Position numbers and translations under genes: made by a program. The notes below the pieces were generated by a model. That model searched no databases, was not told the origin of the DNA, and was given only the letters and a program-made list of their open reading frames with translations. A stretch of DNA of 64,000 bases from Myxococcales bacterium. Its GTDB lineage: Bacteria > Myxococcota > Myxococcia > Myxococcales > JAKAPL01. The stretch is from contig JAJXUD010000013.1 in assembly GCA_021783235.1 (NCBI GenBank), positions 6,182 through 70,181 of the forward strand. Reading direction: 5' to 3'. This document shows, piece after piece, positions 1 to 8,618 of the stretch (the first letter of the stretch is position 1; each line of letters begins with the position of its first letter).

Positions 1-518
1 ACGGACGCGGGCAGAAGCCCGTCGAGCGGCTCGCCAGCGGCGAGGCGGCGGCGGACCTCGGTCGACGAGATCGCGGGCAGCGGCGGCCCGGCCCCGGCGA
101 GCCCCGGCTGCCCCTCGCGGTTGACGAGCAGGATCTCGACGAGCGACTCGATCTCGCCGAAGCGCCTCCAGCGGTCGCGCTCCGCCCAGACGTCGGCGCC
201 GAGCACGAGGAGGTAGCGGTGCGTCGGGTTGCGTCCCCGCAGCCACTCGAGGAGCTCGATGGTCGATCCGCTCGATCCCCAGGCGGCGGCCTCAGCCTCG
301 ATGCGGCTCGCGCGAAAGCGCGACCCGAGCGGATCGACGGCGAGCTCGACCATCCGCAGCCGCGCCTCGAAGGGCGCGAGCACCTTGCCGAAGACGTGCC
401 GCCAGGCGGGGACGAGCCAGACCTCGTCGGGCTCGGCGCGCGCCATCGCGGCGGCGGCGAGCAGGACGTGCCCGAGGTGCGGCGGGTTGAAGGACCCGCC
501 AACCAGCGCCACCCTCAC
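1..518 (-). CDS. nadD: nicotinate-nucleotide adenylyltransferase NadD, 3' end cut by the window edge
   Basis: Not in the ORF track because it runs off the window. My own translation from GTG at 518 reads VRVALVGGSFNPPHLGHVLLAAAAMARAEPDEVWLVPAWRHVFGK...PLPAISSTEVRRRLAAGEPLDG. It carries the GxFxPxHxGH and ISSTxxR nucleotidyltransferase motifs. It starts 3 nt after the upstream stop. Confidence 0.8.
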   Translation of the reverse strand, partial: MRVALVGGSFNPPHLGHVLLAAAAMARAEPDEVWLVPAWRHVFGKVLAPFEARLRMVELAVDPLGSRFRASRIEAEAAAWGSSGSTIELLEWLRGRNPTHRYLLVLGADVWAERDRWRRFGEIESLVEILLVNREGQPGLAGAGPPLPAISSTEVRRRLAAGEPLDGLLPAS

Positions 519-521
519 GGA

Positions 522-1718
522 TCAGTCGTAGTGCATGAAGCGGGAGCGGCGGGAGGCGAAGGCGGCCTGCTCCTCGGCCCAGCTGGCGCCGATGGAGGCC
601 GGCGCGGCGCCCCGCTCGATGGCGAGCCGCACGGCGTCGGTGCCGCAGAGCAGATCGAACGCCGGGATGCCCTCGACGAACTCGTAGCGCTCGGTGCGCC
701 AGCGGAAGCGCTCGGGCCAGAGCTCGCGGGCCGCCGCGACCACGGCGACGCCGGTGGCGAAGGGCCGGTAGGCCTGCCGATCGGTGACGTGGAGCATGAG
801 GCCGCCGCAGCTCTCTCCCCGGTGCTTGTGGAAGGTCGGCTCGAACCAGAGCGGCCGGAAGCGGACGCCGGGCAGATCCCACGACTGGAGCCGCTCGCGA
901 AAGGCGTGGGGATCGCAGAAGGGCGCGCCGAAGATCTCGAACGGCCGCGTCGTCCCCCGCCCCTCGGAGAGGTTCGTCCCCTCGAGCAGGCACTGCCCCG
1001 GGTAGCAGAGGGCCGTGTCGAGCGTCGGCATGTTGGGAGAGGGCATCACCCACGGCAGCCCGGTCTCGTCGAAGAGCTGATCGCGCCGCCAGCCCTCGCA
1101 CCAGACGACGTGAAGATCACAGGCGAGCCCGCGCTCCTCCAGGAAGAGCCGCGCGAGCTCGCCGAGCGTCAGGCCGTGCCGCACCGGCAGCGGGTGGAGG
1201 CCGACGAAGCTCGCGAAGCCCTCGCGGACGAGGTTTCCCTCGACCTCGCGCCCGCCGATGGGGTTCGGCCGGTCGAGCACGAAGACCGCGACGCCCGCCT
1301 TCGCCGCCGCCTCCATGCAGAGCAAGAGCGTCGCCGCGTAGGTGTAGTAGCGGCTGCCGATGTCCTGGATGTCGAAGACGAGCGCGTCGATCCCATCGAG
1401 CTGCTCGGGGCTCGGCCGCAGGCTCTCGAAGCGGTCGCCGTAGAGGCTGACCACCGGCACGCCGGTCCGGGCGTCCAGCGCCTCGCCGCCCACCCCCACC
1501 ATGTCCTGCGCCGAGCCGCGCACGCCGTGCTCGGGGCCGAAGAGGCGGACGAGCCGGATCCCCTCCGCGCCGTGCAAGAGGTCGACGAGCGGCTCGAGCC
1601 GCCGGTCGACGGCCGTCGGGTTGCAGACGACGCCGAGCCGCCGGCCGCGCAGCGGCCTGAAGCCCTGCGCCGCGAGGACGTCCAGACCGCTAAGGACGGA
1701 GCGCGAACTTGAAGACAT
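522..1718 (-). CDS. DUF1343 family protein (NamZ/YbbC-like exo-beta-N-acetylmuramidase family)
   Basis: This is the C-terminal 398 aa of ORF 522..2606(-). The upstream 296 aa of that ORF are Arg/Ser/Pro off-frame junk. ATG at 1718 gives MSSSSRSVLSGLDVLAAQGF. Recalled DUF1343 blocks are present: GVVCNPTAVD, LFGPEHG, DIQDIGSRYYTY, GLHPLPVRHGLTLGELA. It overlaps the upstream gene by 29 nt. Confidence 0.8.
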   Translation of the reverse strand: MSSSSRSVLSGLDVLAAQGFRPLRGRRLGVVCNPTAVDRRLEPLVDLLHGAEGIRLVRLFGPEHGVRGSAQDMVGVGGEALDARTGVPVVSLYGDRFESLRPSPEQLDGIDALVFDIQDIGSRYYTYAATLLLCMEAAAKAGVAVFVLDRPNPIGGREVEGNLVREGFASFVGLHPLPVRHGLTLGELARLFLEERGLACDLHVVWCEGWRRDQLFDETGLPWVMPSPNMPTLDTALCYPGQCLLEGTNLSEGRGTTRPFEIFGAPFCDPHAFRERLQSWDLPGVRFRPLWFEPTFHKHRGESCGGLMLHVTDRQAYRPFATGVAVVAAARELWPERFRWRTERYEFVEGIPAFDLLCGTDAVRLAIERGAAPASIGASWAEEQAAFASRRSRFMHYD

Positions 1719-3117
1719 ACTTGGCCGCGTTGGGCGGGTAGTGGGCGTCGTGGGCGTTCCAGGTGAGGTTCGCGGCGAGCGCGGGGTCGTGGACGGTGTC
1801 GTCGACCATCTCCTCGGAGATCGCCCGACCGCCCTTGTCCACCTCGACGCGGATGCGCAGCGCCCCGCCGAGTCCCGGCTTCTTCTCGAGGAGCGCCCGG
1901 TAGAGCCGCGCGAGCTCGCTCCCGAGCCCCGCGTCGATCTTCGCGATTCCGCCCGAGAGCGGCTTCGGGGCGAGGCCGACGAGCTTCTCGAGCGCCGAAA
2001 GCTCGGCCTTCGCCTCGGGCCGCGAGCTCGCGAGCTCGCGGTAGGCGCCAATGGCCTGAGCGTAGGCCTGCGTCTGCACCCAGAGCCGCGCCAGCGCGAG
2101 CTGCGCCTCCTCGTCCTTCGGGTCGAGCTCGACCGCCTTGCCGTAGTGGCGCAGCGCGAGGTCGGTCTTGCCGTCGGCGAGCTCGAGCGCGGCGAGCCGC
2201 GAGAGGCTCTTCGCGTCGGGCGCCTCCTGGGCGAGCTTCTCGAGGATGCGCCGCTCGTCGGCGGTGCGCCCCTCCTTGCGATAGGTCTCGGCGAGGAGCT
2301 TCTCGAGGTCTGGCGCGTCGGCGCCCCGCTGGAGCGCGGCCTCGAAGTCCTTCGCGGCTCCGGTGAGATCGCCCTGCTTCTCCCGCAGCCGGCCCGAGCG
2401 GAGCCAGGGCGACGCGTCGGCGGGAGCGAGGGCGTGGAGCCGGTCGAGCGCCGCGAGCTCGGCCGCCCCATCCCCGGACGCCTTGGCGGCGTCGGCGAGG
2501 CCGAGCTCCGCCTCGAAGTCGTCGGGCCAGGAGGCGATCGCCTCCTTCCAGCGCCGCGTCGCCTCCGGAAGGTCGCCGCTCGCCCTCGCGATCGCCGCGA
2601 GGCCATTCAGCGCGAAAGGGAAGCCGGGGTGGAGCGCCAGCGCCGACTCGTCGTCCGCCTTCGCGGCCGAGAGATCGCCCCGGGCGCGCTCGAGGTCCGC
2701 CCGCTCCGAGAAGAGCTCGGCGATCTTCGAGTCGGCCTGCATCGCGCGCCCGAGCGCCTGCGCCGCCTGGTCCCAGGTCTTCCAGCCGAGGTAGACGTGC
2801 GCCATGCCGATCTCGGCCCAGGCGTCGGGGCCGTCGATCCCCTCGAGCGCGTGGAAGCGCTTCCAGGACTCCTGCCCCTCCCGGGTGCCGAAGGCGAAAA
2901 GCAGCTTCGAGGCCCGATCGCCCTTCGCGGCGAGTTCGGGCAAAAGCTCGCCCTCTCGCCCGGCGGCGAGCGCCGCCTCGATCCGAGGGAGCCCCGCCTC
3001 GACCTCGAGGGTCAAGGGCGATTCGCCCGCGGGCTTCGGCGGCGGGGCGGGCGGCGCCTCGGCACAGCCGGCCCAGGCGAGTGAGGCGAAGAGAACGGCA
3101 GCGGTCGCTCGGGACAT
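1690..3117 (-). CDS. TPR-repeat lipoprotein
   Basis: From ORF 1690..3279(-), with the start moved to ATG 3117. This gives MSRATAAVLFASLAWAG-C, a signal peptide plus lipobox. The body has many TPR-like helical repeats and ends in a beta-rich ~60 aa tail. Confidence 0.7.
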   Translation of the reverse strand: MSRATAAVLFASLAWAGCAEAPPAPPPKPAGESPLTLEVEAGLPRIEAALAAGREGELLPELAAKGDRASKLLFAFGTREGQESWKRFHALEGIDGPDAWAEIGMAHVYLGWKTWDQAAQALGRAMQADSKIAELFSERADLERARGDLSAAKADDESALALHPGFPFALNGLAAIARASGDLPEATRRWKEAIASWPDDFEAELGLADAAKASGDGAAELAALDRLHALAPADASPWLRSGRLREKQGDLTGAAKDFEAALQRGADAPDLEKLLAETYRKEGRTADERRILEKLAQEAPDAKSLSRLAALELADGKTDLALRHYGKAVELDPKDEEAQLALARLWVQTQAYAQAIGAYRELASSRPEAKAELSALEKLVGLAPKPLSGGIAKIDAGLGSELARLYRALLEKKPGLGGALRIRVEVDKGGRAISEEMVDDTVHDPALAANLTWNAHDAHYPPNAAKYVFKFALRP

Positions 3118-3257
3118 GGAGCCGCCTGTATACCACGAGAGGCGGGCCGCCCGGCACGAAGCCCCGCCGTTCGCGGCGGTGGGAACGAGCCGTTTGACGA
3201 GCGGCCGGTTGATGAGTATCTCAGGCTCGAAAATCACCGGCCGTTTGGTCGAGTACC

Positions 3258-3656
3258 ATGCAACCCGAGACCGAGACACAGAGAGCGAGGCCGGCCACCG
3301 TCCTCGTCGTCGACGACGACCTCGACATCCTCGAGGCGACGAGCCTCTTGCTCGAGACCGAGGGCTACGACGTCGCGACCGCCCGCGACGGCCGCGAGGC
3401 GCTCGAGCGGCTCGCGGAGGGCGTGCGCCCGGCGGTGATCCTGCTCGACCTCATGATGCCCGGAATGAACGGCTTCGAGTTCTACGAGCGGCTGCGGCGC
3501 CTGCCGGGCCCCGAGGCGCACTCGCCGGTGATCGTCATCTCGGCGGCCCGCGAGGCGGGGCGCCACGCCGAAGAGCTGGGCGCCGACGACGTGCTCGCGA
3601 AGCCGTACGAGCTGCAGGACCTGCTCGAGAAGATCGCGCGGCAGCTGAGGCATTGA
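3258..3656 (+). CDS. stand-alone CheY-like response regulator receiver
   Basis: ORF 3258..3656(+), 132 aa. Receiver hallmarks are VLVVDDD, ILLDLMMPGMNG (phospho-Asp region) and a conserved Lys in LAKPYEL. There is no output domain. Confidence 0.85.
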   Translation: MQPETETQRARPATVLVVDDDLDILEATSLLLETEGYDVATARDGREALERLAEGVRPAVILLDLMMPGMNGFEFYERLRRLPGPEAHSPVIVISAAREAGRHAEELGADDVLAKPYELQDLLEKIARQLRH

Positions 3657-3709
3657 GGCGGGCCGCTTCGCGCGATTGACCCGCGCCCCCCTTTTGCCTA
3701 GAGGGAGGC

Positions 3710-5311
3710 ATGTCCGCCGCCCTCCCCGTCCCCTCCCCCGCCTCCCCCGACTATGGGGTCGACCGGCTCCCCGATCTCTACCTCGACGAGGCCCAGGTGG
3801 CCCGCTGCCGCGCCCTCGCCGGCCGCGTCGTGCAGGGGGTCTTCGACTTCATCGATCACCACACGACCGTCACCATCGAGCGGACCGTGCTGCGGCTCCT
3901 CGGCCTGTCGGGCGCGGGCCCTCGCGGCGTGCCGCTCTGCAACCTCATCGTCGACCGGATCCAGCAGGCAGGGCAGCTCGGGCGCGGCGCCGCCCACTGG
4001 TACGGACGCGCCGTCCACCGGCGCGGCGCCGCCTCGCCGCAGGAGCTCGCCGACGCCATCGCCACCGAGCTTCGCGCCGCGCCGCCGGCTGCCGCGGAGC
4101 AGAAGACCATCGACGCCGAGGTTCGCCGCGAGGCCCGGCAGGCGGTGGACGAGCTGCTCGCCCGCGTGGCCGCGCGCGAGGCGCTCAAGCGCGAGCTCGG
4201 CACCGGCCCCGCCCCGCTCAAGTACGTCATCGTGGCCACCGGCAACATCTTCGAGGACGTGGAGCAGGCGCGCGCCGCCGCCCAGGCGGGCGCCGACATC
4301 ATCGCGGTCATCCGCTCGACCGCGCAGAGCCTGCTCGACTACGTGCCCCACGGCGCCACCACCGAGGGGTACGGCGGCACCTACGCCACGCAGGAGAACT
4401 TCCGCATCATGCGCGAGGCGCTCGACGCGGAGGGGCGGCGGCTCGGCCGCTACGTCCAGCTGACGAACTACTCCTCGGGCCTCTGCATGCCAGAGATCGC
4501 CTTCGCGGCGGCCTGGGAGAAGCTCGACATGCTCCTGAACGACGCCATGTACGGCATCCTCTTCCGCGACATCAACATGAAGCGGACGATGTGCGACCAG
4601 TACTTCAGCCGCCGCATCTGCGCGCTCGCCGGCCTCGTCATCAACACGGGCGAGGACAACTACATCACCACCGCCGACGCCTACGAGGCGGCCCACACCG
4701 TCATCGGAAGCCAGCTCATCAACGAGGCCTTCGCGAAGCGGGCCGGCATGGCCGACTGGCAGCTCGGCCTCGGCCACGCCTACGAGCTCGACACCGCCCG
4801 CGAGGACACCCTGCCGCTCGAGCTCTCGCAGGCGCTCCTCGTGCGCCGCCTCTTCCCCCGCTCGCCCATCAAGTACATGCCGCCGACGAAGCACAAGCAG
4901 GGCGACATCTTCTTCAGCCACGCCTACGACGTGATGGCGGACCTCGTCGCCGCCACCACCCACCAGGGCATCCAGCTCCTCGGCATGATGACCGAGGCGC
5001 TCCATACCCCCGTGTTGATGGACCGCTACGTCGCCCTCAAGACGGCCGACTACATCCACCGCGCCGCGCGGACGTTCGGCGAGGAGTTCACGCTGCGGCG
5101 CGAGAGCCTCACCGTCCGCCGCGCCCACGAGGTGCTCGGCAAGGCCGAGAAGCTGCTCGAGGAGACCGCCGACGACGGCCTCTGGGCCGCCATCGGCAAC
5201 GCCCGCTTCGGCGACGTCGCCCGCCAGCCCGACGGCGGCAAGGGGCTCGACGGCGTCGCCGCCCGCGCCGACGGCTACTTCAACCCCTTCCTCGAGATCC
5301 TCGAAGGATAG
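3710..5311 (+). CDS. kamD: lysine 5,6-aminomutase alpha subunit (KamD family)
   Basis: ORF 3710..5311(+), 533 aa. Long blocks match my recall of Clostridium KamD: KYVIVATGNIFEDVEQARAAAQAGADIIAVIRSTAQSLLDYVPHGATTEGYGGTYATQENFRIMREALD, LCMPEIA, MLLNDAMYGILFRDINM, INTGEDNYITTADAYEAAHTV, PIKYMPPTK, DGGKGLDGV. Confidence 0.85.
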   Translation: MSAALPVPSPASPDYGVDRLPDLYLDEAQVARCRALAGRVVQGVFDFIDHHTTVTIERTVLRLLGLSGAGPRGVPLCNLIVDRIQQAGQLGRGAAHWYGRAVHRRGAASPQELADAIATELRAAPPAAAEQKTIDAEVRREARQAVDELLARVAAREALKRELGTGPAPLKYVIVATGNIFEDVEQARAAAQAGADIIAVIRSTAQSLLDYVPHGATTEGYGGTYATQENFRIMREALDAEGRRLGRYVQLTNYSSGLCMPEIAFAAAWEKLDMLLNDAMYGILFRDINMKRTMCDQYFSRRICALAGLVINTGEDNYITTADAYEAAHTVIGSQLINEAFAKRAGMADWQLGLGHAYELDTAREDTLPLELSQALLVRRLFPRSPIKYMPPTKHKQGDIFFSHAYDVMADLVAATTHQGIQLLGMMTEALHTPVLMDRYVALKTADYIHRAARTFGEEFTLRRESLTVRRAHEVLGKAEKLLEETADDGLWAAIGNARFGDVARQPDGGKGLDGVAARADGYFNPFLEILEG

Positions 5312-5423
5312 ACCGAGGAAGGAGCTCCACCTCTTCGGCCATCGCGAGCTCTCTGGCGTTCGGCGCTCCCCCCCCCCGCGCCCACGCGCAGCGCGCGGCG
5401 GCCGTCCGTGCGATGATGCGCGC

Positions 5424-6329
5424 GTGCTCGCGCTCGCCCTCGGACTGACGCTCGGCGCCTCGGCGCCGCAGATCTCCGTCGAGCTCCCCGCGCAGCCCGG
5501 GCCCTGCGGCTTCTCGGAGCTCGCGAGCGCGCTGCGGCGCCGGCTGCCGGGCGCGACGCTGCGCCCCGAGCTCCGCGGCGAGGATCGGCGCGACGTCCGG
5601 GTTCGCTACGGCGAGCGGGACGGCCGCTGGACGCTCACGATCCGCGCCGGCGACGCGCCGCCCCTGCGACGCGAGCTGCCCTCGCCCGGCGTCGACTGCG
5701 TCGCCCTCAGCGAGACGGCGGCGCTGATGCTCGAGCGCTACCTGGACGAGGTCCACTGGGGCGGGGGCGAGGCGGCGCGGCTCGCCCCGCTCGCGCCTCC
5801 GCCGGCCGTTCCCCCCACCGAGGCGATCCTCTCGGTCGGCGCCTGGGGCGGGATGGGGCCGCTCGGCTTGGCGCCCGGCGGCGAGGGCGGCCTCGCGGTC
5901 GCCCGCGGTCGCTGGCGGTTCGGGGCGGTGGGGGATCTCCTCCCGTCAAGGAGCGCGGTGGTCGCGGGGGCGCCGGGCGCGACGCTGGCGGCGCAGGCGG
6001 GGAACCTCGAGCTCGCGGGCGGCCCCGCCTGGCCGGTGGGATCCGGAGACTTCCGGCTCGAGCTCGTGCCCGGCGCGGAGCTGCTCTGGGCGAGCTCGTC
6101 GGGCGGGCGGCTCTTCCAGCATCGGCCTGGCCTCGCCGCCTCGCCCTTCGCGGGCGCGCGGGCGGGCTTCGAGCTGCCGCTCGGGGAGCGCTTCGACCTC
6201 GCGCTGCGGCTGACCGGCCGGGCGTTTTTCGCCAGAAACGGCCTGTCGGTGGAGGGGTTTGGCGCCGAGGCGCTTCCCGCCCCGTTCGACGCTGCGATCG
6301 CGCTCGCGATCGAGCGCCGCTTTTTTTGA
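5424..6329 (+). CDS. hypothetical exported protein, possible OM beta-barrel
   Basis: ORF 5424..6329(+), GTG start. Third-position GC is very high in this frame. It has a short hydrophobic N-terminus (LALALGLTLGASA), a Gly/Ala-rich alternating C-terminal half, and ends in RRFF (aromatic terminus). No family recognised. Confidence 0.5.
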   Translation: MLALALGLTLGASAPQISVELPAQPGPCGFSELASALRRRLPGATLRPELRGEDRRDVRVRYGERDGRWTLTIRAGDAPPLRRELPSPGVDCVALSETAALMLERYLDEVHWGGGEAARLAPLAPPPAVPPTEAILSVGAWGGMGPLGLAPGGEGGLAVARGRWRFGAVGDLLPSRSAVVAGAPGATLAAQAGNLELAGGPAWPVGSGDFRLELVPGAELLWASSSGGRLFQHRPGLAASPFAGARAGFELPLGERFDLALRLTGRAFFARNGLSVEGFGAEALPAPFDAAIALAIERRFF

Positions 6330-6369
6330 AGGTCGTCCCGGGCCGCCGCGTTGGGGTGAGGTGGGCGCC

Positions 6370-6951
6370 ATGCAGCCGAGGAGAGCCGATGGAGCCGCGC
6401 CGGACCTGGACGAAGTCCTCGAGCGCTGCCGCGCGAACGACCGCCGCGCCCTGCGCGAGCTCTACGATCGCCACTTCGAGCCGGTCCGGCGGACCGCGCG
6501 GCGCCTCGGGACGCCGCCCTCCGAGCTGGACGACGTGACGCAGGAGGTCTTCTCGCGGGTTTTCGGCAAGCTCCAGCGATTCGCCGGCGGCAACTTCGAG
6601 GCGTGGCTCCACCGGATCTGCGCCAACGTGGTGAATGACCAGCACCGGCGGCGCCGGGTCCGCGAGGGCTTTCGCCGCCTCTTCGGCCAGCGGCCCGAAG
6701 CGGTCGACGCGAGCCAGGACGCGGAGCTCGGGCAGCGCGAGGCGGAGGCCGCGGTGCGCCAGATCCTCGAGCGGATGCGGCCGAAGCAGCGCGAGGTCCT
6801 CGCGCTCTTCGAGCTCGAGGGGCTCTCCGGCGAGGAGATCGCCGCGCGGGTCGGCTGCCCGGTCGCGACCGTCTGGACGCGGCTCCACCACGCGCGCAAG
6901 GACTTCGTGCGGATCGGGTCGAAGCGCGGCCTCCTCGAGGAGGCGGCGTGA
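6370..6951 (+). CDS. ECF-type RNA polymerase sigma-70 family factor
   Basis: From ORF 6259..6951(+), with the start moved to ATG 6370 (193 aa). Region 2 is DDVTQEVFSRVFGKLQRF...WLHRICANV. The region 4 HTH is LSGEEIAARVGCPVATVWTRLHHARKDF. Confidence 0.85.
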   Translation: MQPRRADGAAPDLDEVLERCRANDRRALRELYDRHFEPVRRTARRLGTPPSELDDVTQEVFSRVFGKLQRFAGGNFEAWLHRICANVVNDQHRRRRVREGFRRLFGQRPEAVDASQDAELGQREAEAAVRQILERMRPKQREVLALFELEGLSGEEIAARVGCPVATVWTRLHHARKDFVRIGSKRGLLEEAA

Positions 6952-8540
6952 GGCGCTGGCTCGACGGCGGCGCCGAGCGGGCCGAGCGGCGGGCGGCGGA
7001 GCTCTTGTCCCGCCTGCCCGCACCCGCGCCCGACGAGCTGGCCCGCGAGCGGATCTGGCGGCGGATCGAGCGGCCCACGCCGCGACGGCCGAGGCTGCTC
7101 GTGCCGGCGCTGGCGCTCGGCGGGCTCGCGGCGCTGGCGCTCTTTCTCGGCTGGCCGTCGGGGGGGCGGATCGAGCTCGCCTCGGGCGAGGTGCTCCGCT
7201 CGGCCCCGGGGGCCGGCTGGAGCGAGGCCGAAGCGGGGGCGAGGCTCACCGAGGGATCGCTCATCCGGACGGGCGTGCGCGGCCATGCGCTGCTCAGCCT
7301 GAGCCGCGCCTCGCTGCTCCTCGACGGCTCGACCCGCGCCACCGTCGAGCGGACCGGGCGGCGGGCCGAGATCGCGCTCGAAGAAGGCCGCCTCGTCGCG
7401 CGGGTGGCGCACCGGCTGCCCGGCGAAGGCTTCACGGTCCGGGCGGGCGACTACCGGGCGAGCGTGCTCGGGACGATCTTCGCGGTGCGGGAGCGGGCGC
7501 CGGACGACGTCGAGGTGAGCGTCTCCCGCGGCCGAGTGGCGGTCGCGGGGCCGGGCGGCCGCTGGTTCGTCGAGGCCGGCCACGCCTGGCGCAGCCGCGC
7601 GCCGACCGCGTCCGGGAGCGACTGGATCGACGAGGACGAGCGGCACCTCCTCGCGGCGGCGCTTTCCGGAGAGCCGCTGCCGCCCTCCACGCCTGAGCCC
7701 GCGGCGGCGCCGAGCCCGTTGCCGCCCGTGCCGTCGGTCGTGGAGGCCCCCGCGGCCTCCTCCCTCGACGGCGGGACCTCTGCGACCTCTCCCCTGGGCG
7801 TGGCCCTCGCTGCCCCGACGCCTCTTCCGCGTTACGCCCGGAAGAGGGTGGCCCGGACGGAGGGTGAGGTCGGCGCCCCCCTTGCGGCCGAGGGCCGGGA
7901 GAGGGGCGGGGGTGAGCCAGCGCCGATCGGACCGCCGCCCGCGCCCATCGCCTCGCCGCCCGTCGTCCTCGGCCCGGATCCCTACGAATCGGCGCTCGCC
8001 CTCGCCCACGCCGGCCGCGCCCGAGAGGCCGCGCAGGCGCTCCGGCGGCTCGTCGACGAGCGCGGGCCGCATGCCGACCTCGCCCTCTATGACCTCGCCC
8101 GGCTGGAGGAGCGTGAGCTGCATGACTCCGCCGCGGCGCTGCGCGACTTCCTCCGCTACCAGGCAGAGCAGCCGGACGGGGCGCTCTCCCAGGAGGTCGC
8201 GCTCTCCGCCATCGAGCTCGAGCTCGCCCGGCCCGATCCCGACGCCGCGCTCGCACAGATGGAGCGCTACCTCGCGAGCCACGGCAGCGCCGAGCGGGCG
8301 CCCAGGGTTCACTTCCTCGAGGGCGAGCTCTGGCGAGGCCGCGGGGCCTGGGAGCGCGCGCTCGCGCACTACGAGGCCGCGGCCCGCTCGGGCACGGAGC
8401 CCGAGGCGCTTTACTTCGAGGCCTTCTGCGACGAGAAGCTCGGGCGCGCGGACGACGCCGCCCGAGCGCTGCGCGACTACCTGCGCACGAGCCCGCGCGG
8501 CCGCTACCGCGGCGAGGCGGAGGCGGCCCTCGCGAAGTAG
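6948..8540 (+). CDS. FecR-domain anti-sigma factor with C-terminal TPR-like region
   Basis: ORF 6948..8540(+), 530 aa. Its GTG overlaps the sigma stop as GTGA. It has one TM helix (LLVPALALGGLAALALFLGW). The FecR pattern is GSLIRTG...ALLSL...LLLDGSTRATVE...FTVRAGDYRASVLGTIFAV. The C-terminus is helical and TPR-like. Confidence 0.75.
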   Translation: MRRWLDGGAERAERRAAELLSRLPAPAPDELARERIWRRIERPTPRRPRLLVPALALGGLAALALFLGWPSGGRIELASGEVLRSAPGAGWSEAEAGARLTEGSLIRTGVRGHALLSLSRASLLLDGSTRATVERTGRRAEIALEEGRLVARVAHRLPGEGFTVRAGDYRASVLGTIFAVRERAPDDVEVSVSRGRVAVAGPGGRWFVEAGHAWRSRAPTASGSDWIDEDERHLLAAALSGEPLPPSTPEPAAAPSPLPPVPSVVEAPAASSLDGGTSATSPLGVALAAPTPLPRYARKRVARTEGEVGAPLAAEGRERGGGEPAPIGPPPAPIASPPVVLGPDPYESALALAHAGRAREAAQALRRLVDERGPHADLALYDLARLEERELHDSAAALRDFLRYQAEQPDGALSQEVALSAIELELARPDPDAALAQMERYLASHGSAERAPRVHFLEGELWRGRGAWERALAHYEAAARSGTEPEALYFEAFCDEKLGRADDAARALRDYLRTSPRGRYRGEAEAALAK

Positions 8541-8618
8541 CCGAGCGAAAGTTTGAAGGTCTTCTGAACCGGCGCGTTGGAGAGGTCGAGGCACGGATTT
8601 CCAGACGGAGGATCGCCC

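Noticed and set aside
1690-1718. 29-nt overlap between the TPR lipoprotein gene and the DUF1343 gene as a possible frameshift or fusion.
   Set aside because: Both reading frames are intact with their own start and stop. There is no alternative start downstream of 1718 before the conserved GLDVL region. The overlap is simply accepted as translational coupling.
3657-3709. Cobalamin riboswitch upstream of kamD.
   Set aside because: Only 53 nt separate the receiver gene from kamD. That is far too short for a B12 riboswitch, and no B12-box-like sequence was seen.
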